Below, in pieces: positions 51,136 to 55,715 of a stretch of DNA of 55,715 nt. The stretch spans positions 1 to 55,715 of the forward strand of contig ADNK01003516.1 in the NCBI GenBank assembly GCA_000320545.1, read 5' to 3'. This stretch comes from Bigelowiella natans CCMP2755. Taxonomy: Eukaryota > Protista > Cercozoa. The stretch's first letter is position 1. Each line of letters begins with the position of its first letter. A program made the position numbers and the translations under genes. The notes under the pieces are model-generated. The model worked only from the letters and a program-made list of their open reading frames with translations, ran no database searches and was not told where the DNA came from.

Positions 51136-51292
51136 AAAAAATAGTAGGCTAGGATTTCATGATGTTGTTGATATTCAGCACACACTTATTATTCACTCTT
51201 TGTTTTTCATCCAATAAAGATAAATTAATAATACCACTGTCACTCCATTTTAACTTATCGACTTATTGCCACTACTGCTGCTACAACTACTG

Positions 51293-51323
<31 letters not shown>

Positions 51324-51503
51324 AGCGCAATCCGTCTTGGGGGATCATCATCATCATCATCATCATCACCGCCTTTAGTTGAAGTCAATACCCTTGCGGG
51401 ATCTGGAAGAGCAGGGGCAAGGTAACACATTCTACGTTTGATAAGTGTGCGTTTATGTACGCATTGTATTGCATCTCCATGTGCGTTTGTCACATGATGA
51501 TTG

Positions 51504-51541
<38 letters not shown>

Positions 51542-51758
51542 TTTTGTCTTCTCGTGTTTGATTCTAACAGAGATGGTTGCGCCAATGGAACAGAATTTCG
51601 CTTGCCTTACGGTTTGTTTAACATTTGTTTTATGGGGAAATAATGATGCAAAGGAGGAGGAGAAGGGAGGGAGAAAGGAGAAAGAAAGTCGCATCATCAT
51701 CCTCCTCCTCCTCCTCCTCCTCCTCCTCCTTCCTATTTCTCAAAAGAGAATCAGTTGC

Positions 51759-51794
<36 letters not shown>

Positions 51795-51904
51795 ATTTTT
51801 CCAATAAAGAAGAAGAAGAAGAAAAAGAAAAAGAACAAAAGCAGCTTGTATTGTGCTGCTCTTCTCAGCACTCATTAGTTATTATTGTAAAGTCTCTCCC
51901 CTCT

Positions 51905-51955
<51 letters not shown>

Positions 51956-52263
51956 AAAATGATGCTCGTCGTCTTACCCCATGCTAGCTATCCTTATCAC
52001 CATACAAGTACAACAAGTCTTACGTTAGATCCTCCTCCTCCTCCTCCTCCTCGATTGGTTCTATCTGTTTCTTCCAAGGCATTTGCTACGTTTCGAGACG
52101 GCAGCAGAAGATAAACAGGCCATCTGGTGATGATGATTTTGTTGTCGTGGCAGATACTGGTAATTCAGTACTTAGAAGGATCTATCTAGGGCTGGATAAT
52201 GATGATCATCATCATCATCAAGAAGATCAAGAAGAAGGTCGTCCTCCTCTTTCTTCTTCTTAA
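45852..52263 (+). CDS. NHL-repeat beta-propeller protein with N-terminal signal-like segment and RLRGG motif, multi-exon; 5' end approximate
   Basis: Repeated NHL units: VTDTCRHVIRRI, DGPETYALFHYP, IYVSDTYSHTIRK, VTTIAGVPGNAGECDGEASIAKFRYP, IYVADTFNHK, VTTIAGGKKWGYVDG, VNTLAGSGRAGARDG and VVVADTGNSVLRRI. Stop TAA at 52261-52263. Confidence 0.85.
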
Positions 52264-52479
52264 TCTCCAATCACAACCAGCACCAGCTAAACAAGCAATA
52301 AAGCTAGTGCTATATCCTACTAATACAACTCGGATAATATTATATATATGTATGTATATATATATATATATATATATGAATGATACCACTACTATTCTCA
52401 AAATCAAACGATGATGAGATCGATAACAGAGCATTATTATGCGGTGCATAAATGACTGAGTAACACATCTGATTACACT

Positions 52480-52830
52480 GCTAAGAAGGAAGACTGTGAT
52501 TCATATGCTGCTGCTGCTGCTGCTGCTGATAATGATGATGATGATGATGATGACGCAACTCTGTCCTCCTCCTCCTCCTCCTCCTCCTCCTCCTCCTCCT
52601 TTTTACTGCTACTACTATTCAGATCGAACACGAGCAGCAGCAGCTTTTGATATCTCATTTGTCAATGAAATCAATCCTGACGTATTGATAAGCATAAGCA
52701 TACAAACCAACATCATATACACGTAGTAATTGATCAACACAAGCTCATCACCAACCGCCAAGGATCATAAACAAATGTTGTGATCCTAGCACGTCTTCTC
52801 CCCAAATCGTCCTCTTTAGTTATATTACCG

Positions 52831-52868
<38 letters not shown>

Positions 52869-52910
52869 TACTGTATCTATATTCGATGATAATAATGGTG
52901 TCATGATTCA

Positions 52911-52942
<32 letters not shown>

Positions 52943-54320
52943 CATACAGAGAGGTCCTCGTGTTGGCGACTATGTGGAATTTCGCAGGAAAGAAAGAGGA
53001 CGTCGTGCTACATGCAAGTAGTAGTTAGTTACAACAGTACTAGTAGTAGACCTTATATTATGAGAATTATAACACCAGAGCAGTAGCAGCAGTATGTTAT
53101 CCTTTCAAATTTTCATTGATTATAGATCTAATATACTTCTGTTGTTATTCCTATGATCAGGTATCTTGGTAACGTTGTAGCTTACAGCCAAGCAAACAAC
53201 ACCTTTCAAGTATTATCATGATGATGATAATGATGATGATGATGATGATTACAAGACAAGGGAAGATGATAAGTATAGTGATGATGCTGCTTTTGCTACT
53301 GTAGTTGCTAATGGTGGTTATTGTTGTTTGCACAAAGATATCATGGATAATCGATGATCTCGATTTCTCCACAAGGCCGCTTTACACAACTCCTCTTCCG
53401 TGAGTAGCAATAGTAGTAGTAGTAGTAGTAGTAGTGGTAGTAGTAGTACCAGAAGAGAAATAAGTCGTGATGGGGCAAAATGGTAGTGCACCGGTAAGCA
53501 CCACCATGACCTTGTTGTTGTTGTTGTTGTTACAAAATAGTAGTAGTAGTAGCAGTCGTTGTATGCAAGTGGTAGTAGCAGCGGCAATAGCATAGCTGGA
53601 ACATAATGGTTGTAGAAACAAGAATTCTCATAGTAGTAGTACAACATTGTAGTTCTACTACATAAATTGTGTTTATGATATGAAGAGCAGTTAGATGCAG
53701 GCTATGATAATGAAGCCATGTGGCATCATCATCATCATCAACTACTACAACAACTACTAATAATCAACATAATCACAACAAGAAAACAACATCAATATGA
53801 ACATCATCTCCCTCCCCCCCCCACCTGTAGAACATGGATCGATGGCAACTTGCTAAAGATAAAGACACGATTTGCAACAATGGCCTCAGAGCACTCATCC
53901 ACCGACAATGTCGGATTGATACCAAGAAGATCATCATCAGCATCATCATCATCATTGTTAAAACCTTCATCTTTCCAACAAATGGCCATGAAAAAAGAAA
54001 ATTTAGAGGTTCATCGAGGAGTACCAGCCAAATCATCACCGCCATCATTATCACTGAAAGAAAATAGAGAAAAAAGTGGTGGTGGTGGTGGTGATGCTGC
54101 TGCCACTACTACTGGTCATTTGTGGCCAGCATTAAGGTAGTATTGAGGAGGAGGAGGGGGAGGGGGAAGAGGAAGAGAAGATTGATTCTTTGGTTGATTG
54201 ATAAAGATTTTAGAATAATAAGAGTACCACTATGTAAGTAATAGTGCTCAATATGTGCTACTAAACAATCGGGTCTTAATACTACATCGTATGCAATTTT
54301 TTTTTATCTGTTCAATATCT

Positions 54321-54398
<78 letters not shown>

Positions 54399-54532
54399 GT
54401 ATCATCAGCACCGAGCCTTTCGATATTCGACTCAATTCGTCTGTGGGTGAGTATAGAGAATGGTCTCATGCGGAATATATCAAGGTACTACTAGAACTAC
54501 CGGTAGTACTACGTTAGCACTGATGATGATGG

Positions 54533-54567
<35 letters not shown>

Positions 54568-54781
54568 GTTCCTATCGTAAAGATGAAACTCTTTACTACT
54601 GCTACTAGTGATGGTGCAGTGTGTTGTGGCTCCTTATTGCTCATTCTTCCCTTATCATCATCATCATGATACTAATACTAATACTACTACTAACAATACT
54701 AACTACTACAGAAGTATCAACGAAAGAGGCATTCTAAGATGGTGCAACGAGATTGTCAGGAGGCGCTCAAACTGGTACAAC

Positions 54782-54815
<34 letters not shown>

Positions 54816-54926
54816 CAACAATGCTAAAAAACAATATCAACCTTGTTGTAGAATGCCCATCAGTCATTGGTAGTGTTCTTATCACCTACGATGATGCCTA
54901 CCTACCTGCCTGTCAACAACAATATG

Positions 54927-54964
<38 letters not shown>

Positions 54965-55201
54965 AACTGAACAACAACAACAAACACCAGATGCATTCAT
55001 CTTAAACAAGATCATAAGTGGAAATGGAAGAAGAAGAAGAAGAAGAAGAAGAAGAAGAAGAAGAAGAAAACAGCACTTGCGTCGCAAAAGCAGCACTAAC
55101 ATTTGAACAAATTGCACACTAGATATCCGAAGAAACCTTGAAGAGGCTAAGACCCCATATGCCTTGGCAACCATACCTTACTGGGGTACTATCATCATCA
55201 C

Positions 55202-55232
<31 letters not shown>

Positions 55233-55715
55233 TACAGTATTATCATGCTCTGCCCACATTAAGTAAGTACCTACTATGACTACTACTGATATGACTACTA
55301 CTTGGTTAATGACAAAGGCTTCATAGCTTGTCAGTTCTTGCACGCTCGTTAAAGCACCACTGTTTGTTGCTGCTCACATAAATTATTATCAGGAAAAAAA
55401 ACTTCCATTTAAAACATTTAAGGAAATGAACCTAAGAGAAGCCTTCCAATGGTAACAATATTATCAGCTTTTATTCAAGATTTTCCTGGGCAATAACTTA
55501 GTAACCACCATCATTATCATCGTCATCATCATGATCATCATTTTGTAGGTACTTGAACATGGATAAGTTGATTGACTACGCATCCGACTGTGGTAAACTA
55601 TGCTTTGTTTACCAATCAAATCTACAACAATAACAACAAGAACAAGAAGAAGAAGAAGAAGAAAAAGAAGGAAAAGAGACGTCTACTGAAAGCAGTATCT
55701 GTAGTTATTTGACTC
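52480..55715 (-). CDS. Partial uncharacterised multi-exon gene (5' end outside the window); boundaries approximate
   Basis: Several non-repetitive islands on the minus strand, many with plausible splice sites, e.g. YLDIFRMRPFSILTHRRIESNIERL (~54490-54412), DDLLGINPTLSVDECSEAIVANRVFIFSKLPSIHVLQ (~53935-53825) and GVVCLAVSYNVTKIPDHR (~53200-53150). No family recognised. Confidence 0.45.

Noticed and set aside
783-55343. Numerous short ORFs with poly-S/Y/H/L/V/M tracts in the ORF track
   Set aside because: They are translations of intronic microsatellites or antisense frames, not genes.

Overview
Eukaryotic nuclear DNA from an intron-rich, AT-rich protist; a chlorarachniophyte-like alga is a weak inference. 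Most ORF-track entries are artefacts of microsatellite-filled introns. Manual splicing at GT-AG sites gives about 13 genes in strictly alternating orientation: GDA1/CD39 apyrase (-), uncharacterised His-motif multipass membrane protein (+), divergent PCNA-like clamp (-), PhyH-family dioxygenase (+), AKR7-type reductase (-), uncharacterised Rossmann-like protein ending in SKL (+), a head-to-head paralogue pair (-/+), STRAP (-), anoctamin (+), GPR137/TOM1-like 7TM protein (-), NHL-repeat protein (+) and a partial unknown gene (-). The main finding is the apparently empty 27.6-34.4 kb region. It hides two ~28-exon paralogues, each encoding an N-acylation motif (MGICxS), an intact BLUF blue-light flavin sensor, a degenerate second BLUF, a possible cyclase relic and a C-terminal PDZ domain. 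This is a candidate membrane-anchored, non-enzymatic BLUF-PDZ photoreceptor pair. Five of six convergent gene junctions carry CATG/TGCA/CTAG-rich blocks that look like CpG-decayed DNA, three of them sharing the palindrome CATGCTAGCATG. All gene models were spliced by eye and need RNA-seq confirmation.
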